The notes: a model not told the origin generated them from the sequence alone. Shown: positions 10,720-21,399, counted from the stretch's first letter. The stretch is DNA of 64,000 bases from an uncultured cyanobacterium (GCA_963718615.1 OY970368.1:3200001-3264000); one strand, 5' to 3'. Made by a program: numbers and translations.

Positions 10720-10839
10720 GGGGTTCTCTCTCCTAATTCAATCTGGGCTGCTGCCAAGGGGGTAGGCAGGAGCGTTTACCAGCATAAAAGGTTATGGGGG
10801 GGTGGAGTGGTGGAGTCATGGAGTGGGGGGATAGCTGTT

Positions 10840-13482
10840 CTATGGATGGCTCGGGTCTTTGGATTTGCTTGACTTGGCTTTTGCCTCCAAATCTTCGAGT
10901 CGACTCTTCAATTCCTGGTTCGATTTTTTCAATTGTTCGACTTCGTCCTGCAACTGTTTGACGGCCTTGTCTGAACCGATGCGGCCTTGAACCGACTGGA
11001 TGGCTTCCTCTGCCCGCTGCTTAACGCGACCATCGGGGGACTGGCGGGCTAAATTGCGCAGGAGGGCGATCGCGTTCCCGGTTTCCAAACGGCCCAGGGC
11101 ACTTACCACCGCTACTTGGGTCAAAAAGAAGCTCTCGCGGGAAATTTCCTCTAGGCGATTGAGAATACGATCGAGATTCTGCGGTGTTTGACCACTGGCG
11201 ATCGCCCCCAACCCTCGAATGGCGGCTAGACGCAAGGGCTGGGGTGTGCCTAGGGCGGTGTATTCCAAAATCAAATCCAGGGCTTCCTCAGAGGTTTTGA
11301 GTTGACAGAGCGCCCCAATGGCTCCGCCGCGCACCAGTTCATTCCAGCCGGCCCGCTCCTTCAGCACCGCTTTGAGCAATTTGAGCACCGGCTTTTCCTT
11401 GTTTTGGCCTTCGATGGCGAGCTTTGCCAAACGCCCTAAGGCCCGCAAGGCCGAGGCTTCGACGCTGTAGGCTGGGTCGCCTTTTTCTGCGATCGCCTTG
11501 ATCGCTTTGTAGCTAGCGATTGTTCTAAACTTCGCTAAACCATTCACCACCGCCCGACGCACATGGGCATTGTCGTCTTTCAGCCCTTCTAGCAGCGCGA
11601 GCTGAGCCTGGTCTAACTGCGCCGTCGCTAGGGCGTTAGCCACCTCCATCCGCACAGCCCAGCAAGGGTCCTGGGTCAGGGCTGTCCCCAAAACTTTGAC
11701 CGCGTCTAAGCTACCCTGTTTGGCGATCGCCCCCGCTGCAAAAATCCGTGCGATCGGATCTGGATCAAACTGAAGTTGAGCTTTCAACTCTGCTAAGGGA
11801 TAGGCTAGCTCAACAGTTTTGAGATGATGATTGCCAGCATCAAAACTCAAAAAATCTGGTTTTTGTTCTAAGGGAAAGTAAAAGCTTTGTTCCCGCTCGT
11901 GGATCCGCACGGTGAAAGATTTGATTTGGGCGATCGCAGGCTCATTTCCTTGGGCAATATAGCCAAATCCAAAGGGAATTTTTAGATCAAACAAATCCTT
12001 ACCGTTGCCATCGGCTGAGGCTTGAGTTTGGGTAATAGTAACCTTGGCCATACTGCTTTCGCTCTCCCATTTATATGTCACCTGATAATCGGGATGGCCT
12101 CCCCGAAAGACATATTGGTCAAACAAAAACATCAAATTGCGACCGGTTGCCTTTTCGATCGCCCTGAGCAGGTCAATGGTTTCCACCGTTTGATGGGCAT
12201 TGTCTTGGACAAAGATTTGGATGGCCTGCCAAAAGAGTTCGTCCCCCAACTCCGCGCGGAGCATGTGGTAGACGCAGGAGGCTTTTTCGTAGAGATGGCG
12301 ATCGTAAAGCTCAATCGGTTCGCGATACACATGGGTGACAATCGGACGTCGATACCGCGTCGAATCCTCTGACAAATACTCTCGCTGTGCCTCTAATCGA
12401 GCGTAATGCCCGATCGCCTCACCATATTCATGGGTTAACCAAAGGGCTTCGGCGTAGGTCGCCATGCCTTCCTTCAACCAAGCATGGGACCAATGCTTAA
12501 TCACGACTAAATCGCCAAACCACTGATGAGCCAGCTCATGGGCCACAAGGGTTTCGGTGCGGCGGCTATCCAGTTGCGAACGTTCGTCCAGCAACACGCG
12601 ATCGGTTAACAGCGTGGTGGACGTGTTCTCCATGCCGCCAAAAATGAAGTCATCGACGCAAACCTGCGCGTATTTCGGAAACGGATAGGGATAGCCAAAG
12701 ATCTCGCTAAAAAACGCAATCATCTGAGGCGTTTTGCCCATGGCTCGTTTAGCCTCTTCTTCCCGTCCCTTTTCCACATAATAGGGGCAGGGTACAGGCT
12801 GCTCTCGACCTGGAAGCTTGACCTCATCCCGGATTTCTGCAAAGTCGCCAACGGCTAGGGTCATTAAATAGGTTGGATGAACTTCCTGTTGTTTCCAGTG
12901 GAAGATTGTTGTTGTTTTCTCCTCAATTTTTTCAATCAATTCGCCATTCGATAAAGCAGAAAATGGCTTTGGCACCCGCACTCGAATTTCTGAGGTTGCT
13001 AACTGTCCTGGATAGTCAAAACAAGGGAACCAAAAGCGGGAGTCTTCGTCTTCGCCCTGGGTCCAGACTTGGGTGGGTTTATTCGGATAATGTTCGTCGG
13101 GTTGGATGAAGTAAATGCCCCGTTGGGGATGGTCGAGGCTGTAGGCGATCGCCAACTCTAAAATTTGTGCCGCTGCCGTCGGCTGGCTCAGCTTCACCTT
13201 GAGTCGTTCGCCATCATGCTCAAAATCTTGTTCCGTCTTGCCAATCTGAATCCCAAGAATTTCCATGCTCACGGCATCTAATTCTAGGCTCTCGATCCCG
13301 CTGCGTACGGGTTTGAGGCGAATGGTGCAGGTGCCCTGGCAGCGCTGGTTGGGAAGATCCAAATCGAGGTCGAGGAAAACATGCTCCACTTGGCCGGGGC
13401 GATCGGGGTTGTAGTGGGGATATGCGCCGGGGAGTTCGAAGGATTTGCGGCTGTCGCGGGCGGCGCGGAGGAATTCGTGCAT
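10840..13482 (-). CDS. pepN: M1 family aminopeptidase with C-terminal HEAT repeats and coiled coil
   Basis: 'GGMENT' and 'AHELAHQWFGD...WLKEG' zinc motif; HEAT-like repeats. Confidence 0.92.
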   Translation of the reverse strand: MHEFLRAARDSRKSFELPGAYPHYNPDRPGQVEHVFLDLDLDLPNQRCQGTCTIRLKPVRSGIESLELDAVSMEILGIQIGKTEQDFEHDGERLKVKLSQPTAAAQILELAIAYSLDHPQRGIYFIQPDEHYPNKPTQVWTQGEDEDSRFWFPCFDYPGQLATSEIRVRVPKPFSALSNGELIEKIEEKTTTIFHWKQQEVHPTYLMTLAVGDFAEIRDEVKLPGREQPVPCPYYVEKGREEEAKRAMGKTPQMIAFFSEIFGYPYPFPKYAQVCVDDFIFGGMENTSTTLLTDRVLLDERSQLDSRRTETLVAHELAHQWFGDLVVIKHWSHAWLKEGMATYAEALWLTHEYGEAIGHYARLEAQREYLSEDSTRYRRPIVTHVYREPIELYDRHLYEKASCVYHMLRAELGDELFWQAIQIFVQDNAHQTVETIDLLRAIEKATGRNLMFLFDQYVFRGGHPDYQVTYKWESESSMAKVTITQTQASADGNGKDLFDLKIPFGFGYIAQGNEPAIAQIKSFTVRIHEREQSFYFPLEQKPDFLSFDAGNHHLKTVELAYPLAELKAQLQFDPDPIARIFAAGAIAKQGSLDAVKVLGTALTQDPCWAVRMEVANALATAQLDQAQLALLEGLKDDNAHVRRAVVNGLAKFRTIASYKAIKAIAEKGDPAYSVEASALRALGRLAKLAIEGQNKEKPVLKLLKAVLKERAGWNELVRGGAIGALCQLKTSEEALDLILEYTALGTPQPLRLAAIRGLGAIASGQTPQNLDRILNRLEEISRESFFLTQVAVVSALGRLETGNAIALLRNLARQSPDGRVKQRAEEAIQSVQGRIGSDKAVKQLQDEVEQLKKSNQELKSRLEDLEAKAKSSKSKDPSHP

Positions 13483-13767
13483 GGTGAAACGAAGGGCCTT
13501 GGTTTAAGGACGTTAGGGATCGCGTTGATTGCTGCCCTAAGCATAATCCGCCGCCCATAGACAGACCAAGCTGTTGTGCAGATTACGTTTGAACGTCAGT
13601 ACTTAGGCCGAATTAGCAACGGATTGCCTTAACGGATTGCCTTGCAGAATAGCCGCCTTGGGTAGTGGAGGCGATCACCAACACAGGGACATGACAATGC
13701 CATATCCCTATGGAGTTCATTCCGAAGATCGTCATTCTGGAGCAGGGCATATTTTATGGAATACAAG

Positions 13768-13841
13768 GGCGAACGAGGGGACTTGAACCCCCGAATGGTG
13801 GAATCACAATCCACTGCCTTAACCACTTGGCTACGCTCGCC
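13768..13841 (-). tRNA. trnH: tRNA-His(GTG)
   Basis: Minus strand G-GCGAGCGTAGCCAAGTGGTTAAGGCAGTGGATTGTGATTCCACCATTCGGGGGTTCAAGTCCCCTCGTTCGCC: cloverleaf, GTG anticodon, encoded G-1, C discriminator, CCA not fully encoded. Confidence 0.97.
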
Positions 13842-13940
13842 GCGCGTTGCCTAATATAACATAGCAATAGATCAAAGTTCAATTGAATTCGCAAAATCTC
13901 GCAAAATTTTCTACCCTCCTCCTCCATCCCCTCTTTCTCT

Positions 13941-14345
13941 ATGGTCTCCAAACCCTTCCTAGGAGCCAGCCTCCTCGGTCTTGGCGCTGCCGCTGCCCTT
14001 GGCGTCACAAACCCCGGCGAAGCCCAGTACGAAGATTTTGCCGTGGCCCAAGCGCGCGACTACCTCAAGGCCGAAGTCTGCCCCGAGCCCTTACCCCTAG
14101 TCGGCACCTCCCTCGCCGATGAATGTATTCAGTTTCTTGGCTCTGAAGCGGCTCAACCCCAACTCCAGGGCCTGATCAGCAACAACACTGAGCGCCAAAA
14201 CTTTTTGCTCTTCAGCCTCTACAAGACCGACCTCGCCATCGAATCCCTGTTGCCCTTCATCCCCAGCGGCCTCGTGCCCAGCTACGAAGTCAAGGCCGTT
14301 GGTGTATTGAAGACCTTTTACATCTACAGTGCAGAGAAGATCTAG
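13941..14345 (+). CDS. DUF4359 domain protein
   Basis: N-terminal TM then 'TNPGEAQYEDFA', 'TERQNFLLFSLYKTDL'. Confidence 0.8.
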   Translation: MVSKPFLGASLLGLGAAAALGVTNPGEAQYEDFAVAQARDYLKAEVCPEPLPLVGTSLADECIQFLGSEAAQPQLQGLISNNTERQNFLLFSLYKTDLAIESLLPFIPSGLVPSYEVKAVGVLKTFYIYSAEKI

Positions 14346-14366
14346 CTAATGTAAGTTAAGAGGGCT

Positions 14367-15761
14367 ATGACTCTCTGCATTGCTCCTCACTGTAACTTTA
14401 GTGGCAATAGCGATCGCGATCGCTATTGCCAAAATTGCGGTCGGCCCCTACTGCTCAAACTGCGCTACCGCCCCTTGCGTCTTCTGGGTCAGGGAGGGTT
14501 TGGCCGTACCTTTGTGGCACGGGATATGGATATTCCTTCTCAGCCCTTTTGTGTCATCAAGCAGCTCTGCCAAACCCCCAACGAGCGTTTTAACCAGCAG
14601 GCACTGCGGCTCTTTCGCCAGGAAGCCATACGGTTAGAAAAGCTAGGGGAGCATCCTCAAATTCCCAAACTCCTGGCCCACTTCGAAGACCAAGACGACC
14701 ACTACCTTATTCAGGAATACGTCGAAGGCGATAACCTCGGGGATGAAGTGCATCACGCGGGTCCCTTTCAAGAACGTCAGATTTGGCAAGTCCTGGGCGA
14801 TCTGGCCACCGTTTTGACCTATATTCACCAGCAAAATATCATTCACCGCGACCTCAAACCCACCAACATCATGCGCCGCCGGGCCGATGGCAAGCTCATC
14901 CTGATCGACTTTGGCATCGCCAAACTACTCAGCCAAACCAGCCTCAACCGCACGCTAACCATGGTCGGCAGCCCCGAATACATGGCCCCCGAACAAACCC
15001 GAGGCCACATTGCCCCCGCCAGCGACCTTTATAGTTTAGGAATGACTTGCGTTTATCTCCTCACGCTCAAAGCCCCCCTGAGTTTCTATAGCCCCGCCGA
15101 CGATACCTGGTTTTGGCGAGAGGGGTTGCCCCCTGGGCGAGGGGTGAGCGATCGCCTCGCAGAAACCCTCGATCGCCTCCTCCAAACCCCCATCAGCAGG
15201 CGCTTCTCCTCCGCCAAGGCCCTGGGCATGGCAGTGTATACCTACCGCGATGCGCCGCGATCCACCGCCGCCGTCTCCCCGGCCCTCAGCCTTCCCCCCA
15301 TCCAGAGTGATCCCGACAATTGGGGGGAATACCTCACCACCGTTGACTATCGGCCCCTCAAAGACCTGCTCCAGGCACACCGCTGGCAAGAAGCCGACAT
15401 CCTCACCTGGGAAAGCCTTGCCCAATCCCTCGGTAAATCCGGTCGATTTGTCAGCCTCCACGACATTGGCCGTATTCCCTGCGGCGACCTAGAAAGGGTT
15501 GATATTCTCTGGCGCAAATACAGCGGCAACCACTTTGGCCTCAGCATTCAAGCGGAAATCTTCGCCCAAGCGGGGGATTACGGCCAGTTTTGTCAGCAAG
15601 TCGGCTGGAAAATGAGCTATCAGGGCATTCACTCCCTCAACTTTACGCTCGATGCCCCCCGAGGCCACCTTCCCTCTAGCCAATGGATTAGCGGTAGCGA
15701 CTGGTGGAAACATCAACAACGGATGAGCGATCGCCTCACCGCCTGTAAAATCACCTCCTAA
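14367..15761 (+). CDS. Ser/Thr protein kinase with 4-Cys prefix and C-terminal GUN4 domain
   Basis: 'LGQGGFGRTF', 'HRDLKPTN', 'DFG', 'YMAPEQ'; GUN4-like 'DILWRKYSGNHFGLSIQ...APRGHLP'. Confidence 0.92.
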   Translation: MTLCIAPHCNFSGNSDRDRYCQNCGRPLLLKLRYRPLRLLGQGGFGRTFVARDMDIPSQPFCVIKQLCQTPNERFNQQALRLFRQEAIRLEKLGEHPQIPKLLAHFEDQDDHYLIQEYVEGDNLGDEVHHAGPFQERQIWQVLGDLATVLTYIHQQNIIHRDLKPTNIMRRRADGKLILIDFGIAKLLSQTSLNRTLTMVGSPEYMAPEQTRGHIAPASDLYSLGMTCVYLLTLKAPLSFYSPADDTWFWREGLPPGRGVSDRLAETLDRLLQTPISRRFSSAKALGMAVYTYRDAPRSTAAVSPALSLPPIQSDPDNWGEYLTTVDYRPLKDLLQAHRWQEADILTWESLAQSLGKSGRFVSLHDIGRIPCGDLERVDILWRKYSGNHFGLSIQAEIFAQAGDYGQFCQQVGWKMSYQGIHSLNFTLDAPRGHLPSSQWISGSDWWKHQQRMSDRLTACKITS

Positions 15762-15820
15762 CCCTTTTCTCCTCCCGATTTCCGACCCCTTACTTCCCTA
15801 TTCCCTTCCTCCCCGCCTCC

Positions 15821-17155
15821 ATGCTCTCCGACACCGCCATCAAAATCCTCACCGATGCCCAACGTTATTGGCTGAGCAATGCCCAAATTCCCCTGTCGCT
15901 GTTGCAGGATCCCAATCAGGATTTGGGCGATCGCGCCAATGCGGATCAGCTTGTCCCTGTGGATCTCGAAATTGTTGGCGGTCATCTCCAGCAGATTCTT
16001 CCCGCTGGTTCTGTTCCCCCCCACGCGCTCCACGTCGACCTCAACCAAGGACAGGTTTGGCCCTGCTTGGTCGATTGCCATACCCACTTTGATAAGGGAC
16101 ACATTTGGCCGCGATCGCCCAATCCCGACGGTACATTTGCTAGCGCGCTGACGACCATCGCCACCGATGTGGCCCAATACAACACCTACGAAGATCTCTA
16201 TCGTCGCTTTGAGTTTGCCCTCAAGTGTAGCTATGCCCACGGCACCAAAGCGATTCGCACCCATTTAGATGCAGAGGGAACTCAGGGAGAGTTGGCTTTT
16301 CGGGTGTTTCGGGAGCTGCGGGAAAAATGGCGCGATCGCCTCATTCTCCAAGCGGTTTGCCTAGTTTCTTTAGATTATTTTCTCACCCCAGCAGGAGAAG
16401 CATTAGCCGATCTGGTGGCAGAGTCCGGTGGGATCTTGGGTGGAGTTGGCGATGAAACCCCGGCTTTGACTACGCAAATTAATCGCACCTTTGAACTGGC
16501 GATCGCCCGCAATCTAGATCTGGATTTGCATGTGGATGAAAGTCTAGATCCGGCAGATCAAATGTTGCCCAAGGTAGCGCAGGCCGCGATGAATCATGGA
16601 TTTTCAGGGACGTTGGTTTGCGACCATTGTTGTAGTTTGGTGGTGCAGGGCGATCGCCACCGCGATGAAATTATTCAGCAGGTCAAAGCAGCCCAAATTC
16701 ACATTGTGAGCCTGCCTATGTGCAATCTTTATTTGCAGGATCGACAGTCTGGGCGTACGCCGCGACAGCGTGGGATCACGGCGGTGCGGGAGCTCAAGGC
16801 AGCAGGCGTACCGGTTAGTTTTGCCAGCGACAACTGCCGCGATCCCTTCTTTGGATTTGGAGACCATGACATGCTAGAAGTCTGGCGCGAGGCGGTGCGG
16901 ATGGGTCATCTCGATCGTCCCTACGAAAACTGGCCCCGGTCCGTCGCCCGCACACCTGCGGATTTTATGGGTTTGACGGATGTCGGACGGATCGGCGTGG
17001 GGTTACCGGCAGATTTAATTCTATTTCGGGGTCGAGGATTTAGTGAGTTGCTGGCGCGATCGCAGCATGATCGCATTGTCCTGCGCCAAGGTCGCGCCAT
17101 CGACACCACGCTGCCTGACTACCAAGAATTAGACGATTTGTTGCAACCTCGTTAA
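15821..17155 (+). CDS. codA: cytosine deaminase (amidohydrolase family)
   Basis: 'VDCHTHFDK', 'IRTHLD', 'DLHVDE', 'SDNCRDPF'. Confidence 0.88.
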   Translation: MLSDTAIKILTDAQRYWLSNAQIPLSLLQDPNQDLGDRANADQLVPVDLEIVGGHLQQILPAGSVPPHALHVDLNQGQVWPCLVDCHTHFDKGHIWPRSPNPDGTFASALTTIATDVAQYNTYEDLYRRFEFALKCSYAHGTKAIRTHLDAEGTQGELAFRVFRELREKWRDRLILQAVCLVSLDYFLTPAGEALADLVAESGGILGGVGDETPALTTQINRTFELAIARNLDLDLHVDESLDPADQMLPKVAQAAMNHGFSGTLVCDHCCSLVVQGDRHRDEIIQQVKAAQIHIVSLPMCNLYLQDRQSGRTPRQRGITAVRELKAAGVPVSFASDNCRDPFFGFGDHDMLEVWREAVRMGHLDRPYENWPRSVARTPADFMGLTDVGRIGVGLPADLILFRGRGFSELLARSQHDRIVLRQGRAIDTTLPDYQELDDLLQPR

Positions 17156-17237
17156 GCTGTTTAACGGTTTTGGTGCAACTCGAGTTTCCTCACGGACAAT
17201 CAGATCCGTAGCCTCCATTTCGCATGAGGAAATCCGC

Positions 17238-17606
17238 ATGAGCGATTTTCATGATTTTCTAACAAGGGAACAGGTCCATGTGGTTTTCGGCGAGTTTAAG
17301 CCGGGAATGTTCGCCGAAGCTCAAGGATTATACGAAGAGGCCGTTTCGACCTATCGTGATGGATTTCGGGAAGCCTATTTGCTGCGGGAACCGGGGAGCG
17401 ATCGCGGCCTTTCGATCATCATTTGGGACAGTGTTGAGCACATGGATGAGCAACAGCGCGATGCCACCCATCAAGCCATCGTTAAGAAAATGAACCCGCT
17501 CTTTAAGCAGACCCCCAGTAGCGAGATCTACGAATTAGCAGCCCATATTTCATCTCAACCCTTATCTCAACCCTCTAGCAATCCCCCTGAACCGGCCTTA
17601 GCCTAA
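17238..17606 (+). CDS. antibiotic-biosynthesis-monooxygenase-like dimeric alpha/beta barrel protein
   Basis: 'GEFKPG...GFREAYLL...GLSIIIWDS' pattern; GAGGA RBS. Confidence 0.7.
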   Translation: MSDFHDFLTREQVHVVFGEFKPGMFAEAQGLYEEAVSTYRDGFREAYLLREPGSDRGLSIIIWDSVEHMDEQQRDATHQAIVKKMNPLFKQTPSSEIYELAAHISSQPLSQPSSNPPEPALA

Positions 17607-17613
17607 TCTTGCC

Positions 17614-18855
17614 CTAATCTTGCTGGGTGGACAAAGGGAGCGGTATGATTTTTTGCAACTGTTGGTCGAGTTGATCAATCAGCATAAAATCGGCTTCCGG
17701 TAATCCTCCGCCTTGCCGGGAGCGATCGCCTTCCAAAAATCGAAACGCAGCCCTAAAGTCTTGGCCATTGGCTACCACAGGCGCATCAAAATGAGCCGGA
17801 ATAATCCGCTGAAAGTTCCAGCTTGCCACCTGATCCGCCCAGGCCAAAACTTGGACAGGGGCACGATTCAAAATCAAGCGCTGTAAAATCGGTGCCACTA
17901 ACAGCCGTCCACTATCGCGCAAAACTTCAAAGGAGGTTTTCCAGTTGGCCTTCCAGCGAAAGGGAAATAGGCCAAAATAGGCACGGCGGGAGCGATCGCT
18001 CGCATCCTTGGCCGCTTGCAAGGTTTCTCCCCAAGGAAGGATGCTCAGCGCACTGGGTCGAAAATAAAAGGCAAACAGAGAGATGCGTTGCCAACCCTTG
18101 CGACGCTGGGCGGGGGAGTCGGCGATCGCCTCAAAGGGCGTCTCGCGGGCATGGAACAGCAGCGGATAGGGCTGGGCATTCACCACCTCCGGCGGTTCTG
18201 CCGGAATCGACATCACCGTATCGGTCACCAGCAACGTACCCGTCGCCCGGTGGAGAAACGCAGTTTCTTCAAAGGGACCCAAGCTGAGGGAAATGGGGCC
18301 AAGGGTTCGATAATCAAACTCATCGCCAAAGGGAGCATCGCAGCTTTGGTCCGGCAACACCTGGGTGCGCCCCATGGGAAACCCCAGCCAACTCAGGGGT
18401 AAATTAAGCGGAAAACTCCACTGGTGGGGTGCGACAAACACTTGTGCCTGGGTGAACTGGCGCGCAAAGGCAGCGGCGGGAGCCTTGTGTTCAATGGCAG
18501 AAACCGTCGGCAAAATGATGTATTTCACCTCGCCATGGCGCTGCACCAGCTCCTGCATCAGCCGCAAACATTCACGGGTGGGGGCCACAGGCGCATAGAC
18601 TAGCAAGCCCCCGGCCTGTAGCCGGATCACGGTCATGCGCACCGGCACAATCACATAAAAAATGCCCTGAACCTGCTCAAACGTCCAGATCTGCTCCGGA
18701 ATAATCTCTCGCCGAATCGTCCAGCGTTGGCCATAGGGATAGAGCGGTACCACGGGCCAATAGGGCCAAGTCCAATCGCGATCGCGTCGGGGCGTAGACA
18801 GCGCAGAGATCTGGGGAGAAATGTGAGTCAAGGCAAACAGTCCTATCAGGCTCAA
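17614..18855 (-). CDS. DUF4336 metallo-beta-lactamase-like protein
   Basis: 'WPVVPLYPYG', 'RMTVIRL', 'EHK', 'TLLVTD', 'IIPAHF'; start position uncertain. Confidence 0.85.
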   Translation of the reverse strand: MSLIGLFALTHISPQISALSTPRRDRDWTWPYWPVVPLYPYGQRWTIRREIIPEQIWTFEQVQGIFYVIVPVRMTVIRLQAGGLLVYAPVAPTRECLRLMQELVQRHGEVKYIILPTVSAIEHKAPAAAFARQFTQAQVFVAPHQWSFPLNLPLSWLGFPMGRTQVLPDQSCDAPFGDEFDYRTLGPISLSLGPFEETAFLHRATGTLLVTDTVMSIPAEPPEVVNAQPYPLLFHARETPFEAIADSPAQRRKGWQRISLFAFYFRPSALSILPWGETLQAAKDASDRSRRAYFGLFPFRWKANWKTSFEVLRDSGRLLVAPILQRLILNRAPVQVLAWADQVASWNFQRIIPAHFDAPVVANGQDFRAAFRFLEGDRSRQGGGLPEADFMLIDQLDQQLQKIIPLPLSTQQD

Positions 18856-18920
18856 GCATTTAACACTCTATTATTGCCTATTGTTAGGATAGATCGAATG
18901 CCCATTTCCAGTGAATTCCT

Positions 18921-19394
18921 ATGTCTTCCCTCCCCTTGATTCGCCTTGCCCATTGGGAGGATGCCTCCTGGATTACCCAGTTCAATCAAGCCATGGCCCA
19001 AGAGACCGAGGAAAAACAGCTAGACCCAACCATTTTGCGGCGAGGCGTCGAAGCGTTGCTGTCGGATCCGACCCTGGGATTTTATTTAATTGCTGAACAG
19101 CATGAAGCCGTTGCGGGGTGTCTGATGATTACAAAGGAATGGAGCGACTGGCGCAATGGTCTATTTTGGTGGATTCAGAGCGTCTATGTGCGGCCTGAGT
19201 TTCGGCGGCAAGGACTGTATCGATCGCTCTATCGGTTTGTGCAACAACTGGCCCAAGAGCAAGGCAATGTCTGTGGTTTTCGGCTCTATGTCGAACGCAA
19301 TAATCAGATTGCCCAGGAAACCTATCGCCAGTTAGGCATGGAGGAAACCCTCTACAAGATGTTTGAGCAACTCAATTCGAGCCCCTCAAGTTGA
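18921..19394 (+). CDS. GNAT N-acetyltransferase
   Basis: 'EWSDWRNG', 'VYVRPEFRRQGLY', 'YRQLGM'. Confidence 0.9.
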   Translation: MSSLPLIRLAHWEDASWITQFNQAMAQETEEKQLDPTILRRGVEALLSDPTLGFYLIAEQHEAVAGCLMITKEWSDWRNGLFWWIQSVYVRPEFRRQGLYRSLYRFVQQLAQEQGNVCGFRLYVERNNQIAQETYRQLGMEETLYKMFEQLNSSPSS

Positions 19395-19457
19395 AACCCT
19401 CAAAACCTCAAAACCTTTGAAATCATTACAGCCTTTCTTAATCCCAATCCCGTCGCC

Positions 19458-19949
19458 ATGATTGAAATCCGCGCTGCTACTTTAGCCGATGAGCCTGACA
19501 TTTGGACTATTTTTCATGGGGTTGTCTCCGAGGGCGAAACCTATGTCTATGCCCCCGAGACCTCGCGTTTAGAGGCTCGTCAACTCTGGATGGAGCAACC
19601 CCAACAAACCTACGTGGCAGAGCGAAACGGGGAAATTCTCGGCACCTATTATCTCAAACCCAATCAGCCCGGTCTCGGCTCCCATGTGTGCAACTGTGGC
19701 TATATGGTGGCTAGCTGTGCTCGGGGACAGGGAGTTGCGACGGCTCTGTGTGAGCATTCCCAGGCGGAGGCGCGGCGGTTGGGGTTTCGGGCGATGCAGT
19801 TTAATTTTGTGGTTTCGACGAATACGGTGGCGGTGCGGTTGTGGCAGAAATTGGGGTTTGCGATCGCCGGAACCCTCCCTGGAGCCTTTGCTCACCCCCG
19901 CCTTGGCTACGTAGACGCCTACGTCATGTACAAAACCCTAAACCTATAA
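19458..19949 (+). CDS. GNAT N-acetyltransferase
   Basis: 'ARGQGVA', 'AMQFNFVVSTN', 'LWQKLGF'. Confidence 0.9.
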   Translation: MIEIRAATLADEPDIWTIFHGVVSEGETYVYAPETSRLEARQLWMEQPQQTYVAERNGEILGTYYLKPNQPGLGSHVCNCGYMVASCARGQGVATALCEHSQAEARRLGFRAMQFNFVVSTNTVAVRLWQKLGFAIAGTLPGAFAHPRLGYVDAYVMYKTLNL

Positions 19950-19964
19950 AAAATCATCCCTTCC

Positions 19965-20036
19965 GTAGGGGCGCGCATTCCGCGCCCCTGGGGATGATCG
20001 TCTATAACCCTGAGGGTCGGGGATGCCGACCCCTAC
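19965..20036. repeat. inverted pair of GTAG-type REP hairpins (REPIN-like)
   Basis: GTAGGGGCGCGCATTCCGCGCCCCT on + and GTAGGGGTCGGCATCCCCGACCCT on -, between convergent genes. Confidence 0.75.
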
Positions 20037-20069
20037 AATCAATGTATCTCGCCCTCATTGACCCTTTTC

Positions 20070-21155
20070 CTACATCACCGCAGGCAAGGCTTCTGTAGAT
20101 TTAAAGGGCTTCATCAAGAACAGCGCGGCAAACTGCACACCGTTGGAGACGTAGTAGGGCAGTTTTTGCAGGAGTTGAATGGGAGCGATCGCCCCACCCT
20201 CCGCAATCTTCTGCAACTGCTGATTATTCTCCACACAACGCTCCAGCCGCTCATAGAACACCGGATTTTCCGTATCAAGAATCACCGGGAATACCCGTCC
20301 AGCCGTCAGATTGGTTTCCCGAATCACATGCTTGTCATACTCGCGGGTATCCAAGCCCAGGGCTTCGTAGAACTCCGTGCGCTGGACATCGCGGATGTAC
20401 ATCGTGGCAAACACCGCCAGCAGGAAGAACCGGCACCAGAGCCGCGCCTTCAGGCCATTGACCGTCGAGGGCACGGCTTGCATCACCGCATCAAAGAAAT
20501 CACCGTGGCGGTTTTCGTCCTGACACCAGTTTTCAAAGAACTTGAAGATCGGGTAGAGCCGCTTCTCGGGATGCTTTTCCAGATGGCGATAGATCGTGAT
20601 GTAGCGCCAGTAGCCAATTTTCTCCGACAGATAGGTCGCGTAGAAAATGTACTCCGGCTTAAAGAAAGTGTATTTCTTGTTTGCAGTCAGGAAACCGAGG
20701 TCCAGCTGCATGCCGAAGTCGCTCATGGACTTATTCAAAAAGCCTGCATGGCGAGCCTCATCGCGGGACATCAGCGCAAAGCACTCCGCCAACACCGGGT
20801 TGCGGTCTTTGATTTTGCGGCTGAGTTCCTTGTAGAGCAGGAAGCCAGAAAACTCAGAGGTGCAAGACTGCTCTAGGAATTCAACAAAAACCTTCTTGGT
20901 TTCTGGATCGAGCCCTTCCGTCGAACCGTCAAATTCAGGCGTTCGCACAAAATGGTGGCGGTTATAGTCAGCCCGAAATTCCTCCAAGATGGCTTGGAGC
21001 TCATCTTCGTTTGGCGACAGATCCATCTTCGCCATGGCCTCGAAGTCGGTGGTGTAGAACCGAGGCGTCAGAATGGTGTCCTTAACCGGGGCTTTGACCC
21101 CAGGTCGCAGCTCCTCAAAGGTGGCTGATGCTGGCTTTTTAAGAGAATCTACCAT
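20070..21155 (-). CDS. acsF: Mg-protoporphyrin IX monomethyl ester oxidative cyclase
   Basis: '[10 protein letters not shown]', '[14 protein letters not shown]', 'DEARHAGF', 'DENRHGDFF' di-iron motifs. Confidence 0.97.
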   Translation of the reverse strand: MVDSLKKPASATFEELRPGVKAPVKDTILTPRFYTTDFEAMAKMDLSPNEDELQAILEEFRADYNRHHFVRTPEFDGSTEGLDPETKKVFVEFLEQSCTSEFSGFLLYKELSRKIKDRNPVLAECFALMSRDEARHAGFLNKSMSDFGMQLDLGFLTANKKYTFFKPEYIFYATYLSEKIGYWRYITIYRHLEKHPEKRLYPIFKFFENWCQDENRHGDFFDAVMQAVPSTVNGLKARLWCRFFLLAVFATMYIRDVQRTEFYEALGLDTREYDKHVIRETNLTAGRVFPVILDTENPVFYERLERCVENNQQLQKIAEGGAIAPIQLLQKLPYYVSNGVQFAALFLMKPFKSTEALPAVM

Positions 21156-21238
21156 AGGAGTATTTAAGGGGTTGATCGCGCTACCTGAGCCTTAGTCTAC
21201 CAAGGTCGGCTTAACCTACGGTAGACCGGAGGTGAAGA

Positions 21239-21266
21239 GTTGCAACGGTTTGTCACGGTCTGTAAT
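21239..21266 (-). promoter_or_regulatory. HLR1-like (RpaB) direct repeats upstream of acsF
   Basis: Minus strand ATTACAGA-CC-GTGACAAA-CC-GTTGCAAC with 10-bp period resembles (G/T)TTACA(T/A)(T/A)N2. Confidence 0.45.
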
Positions 21267-21399
21267 ACTTCGGGACGATTTTCGGAGACAAACTGGGGCT
21301 GTGGATTGGGTTATGGAGTCGAGGAAACCGTACTTTAATTCTGGGAACCTAGCAGCCTCAGATTCGCCAAGGCTAAAATGGCAACCATGAGGTATCGCA

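Noticed and set aside
10795-10835. G-rich and C-rich short repeats here and at 24866-24910 and 15760-15820
   Set aside because: Ordinary cyanobacterial short intergenic tandem repeats
13490-13767. Island or prophage integrated at tRNA-His
   Set aside because: No integrase and no duplicated tRNA 3' end seen; flanks are core genes
13629-14122. ORFs overlapping the tRNA-His region
   Set aside because: Explained by the tRNA and the DUF4359 gene
20058-20876. 272-aa ORF antisense to acsF, and similar shadow ORFs at 32803, 29512, 45415 and 49525
   Set aside because: Antisense shadows of well-supported genes with no recognisable motifs
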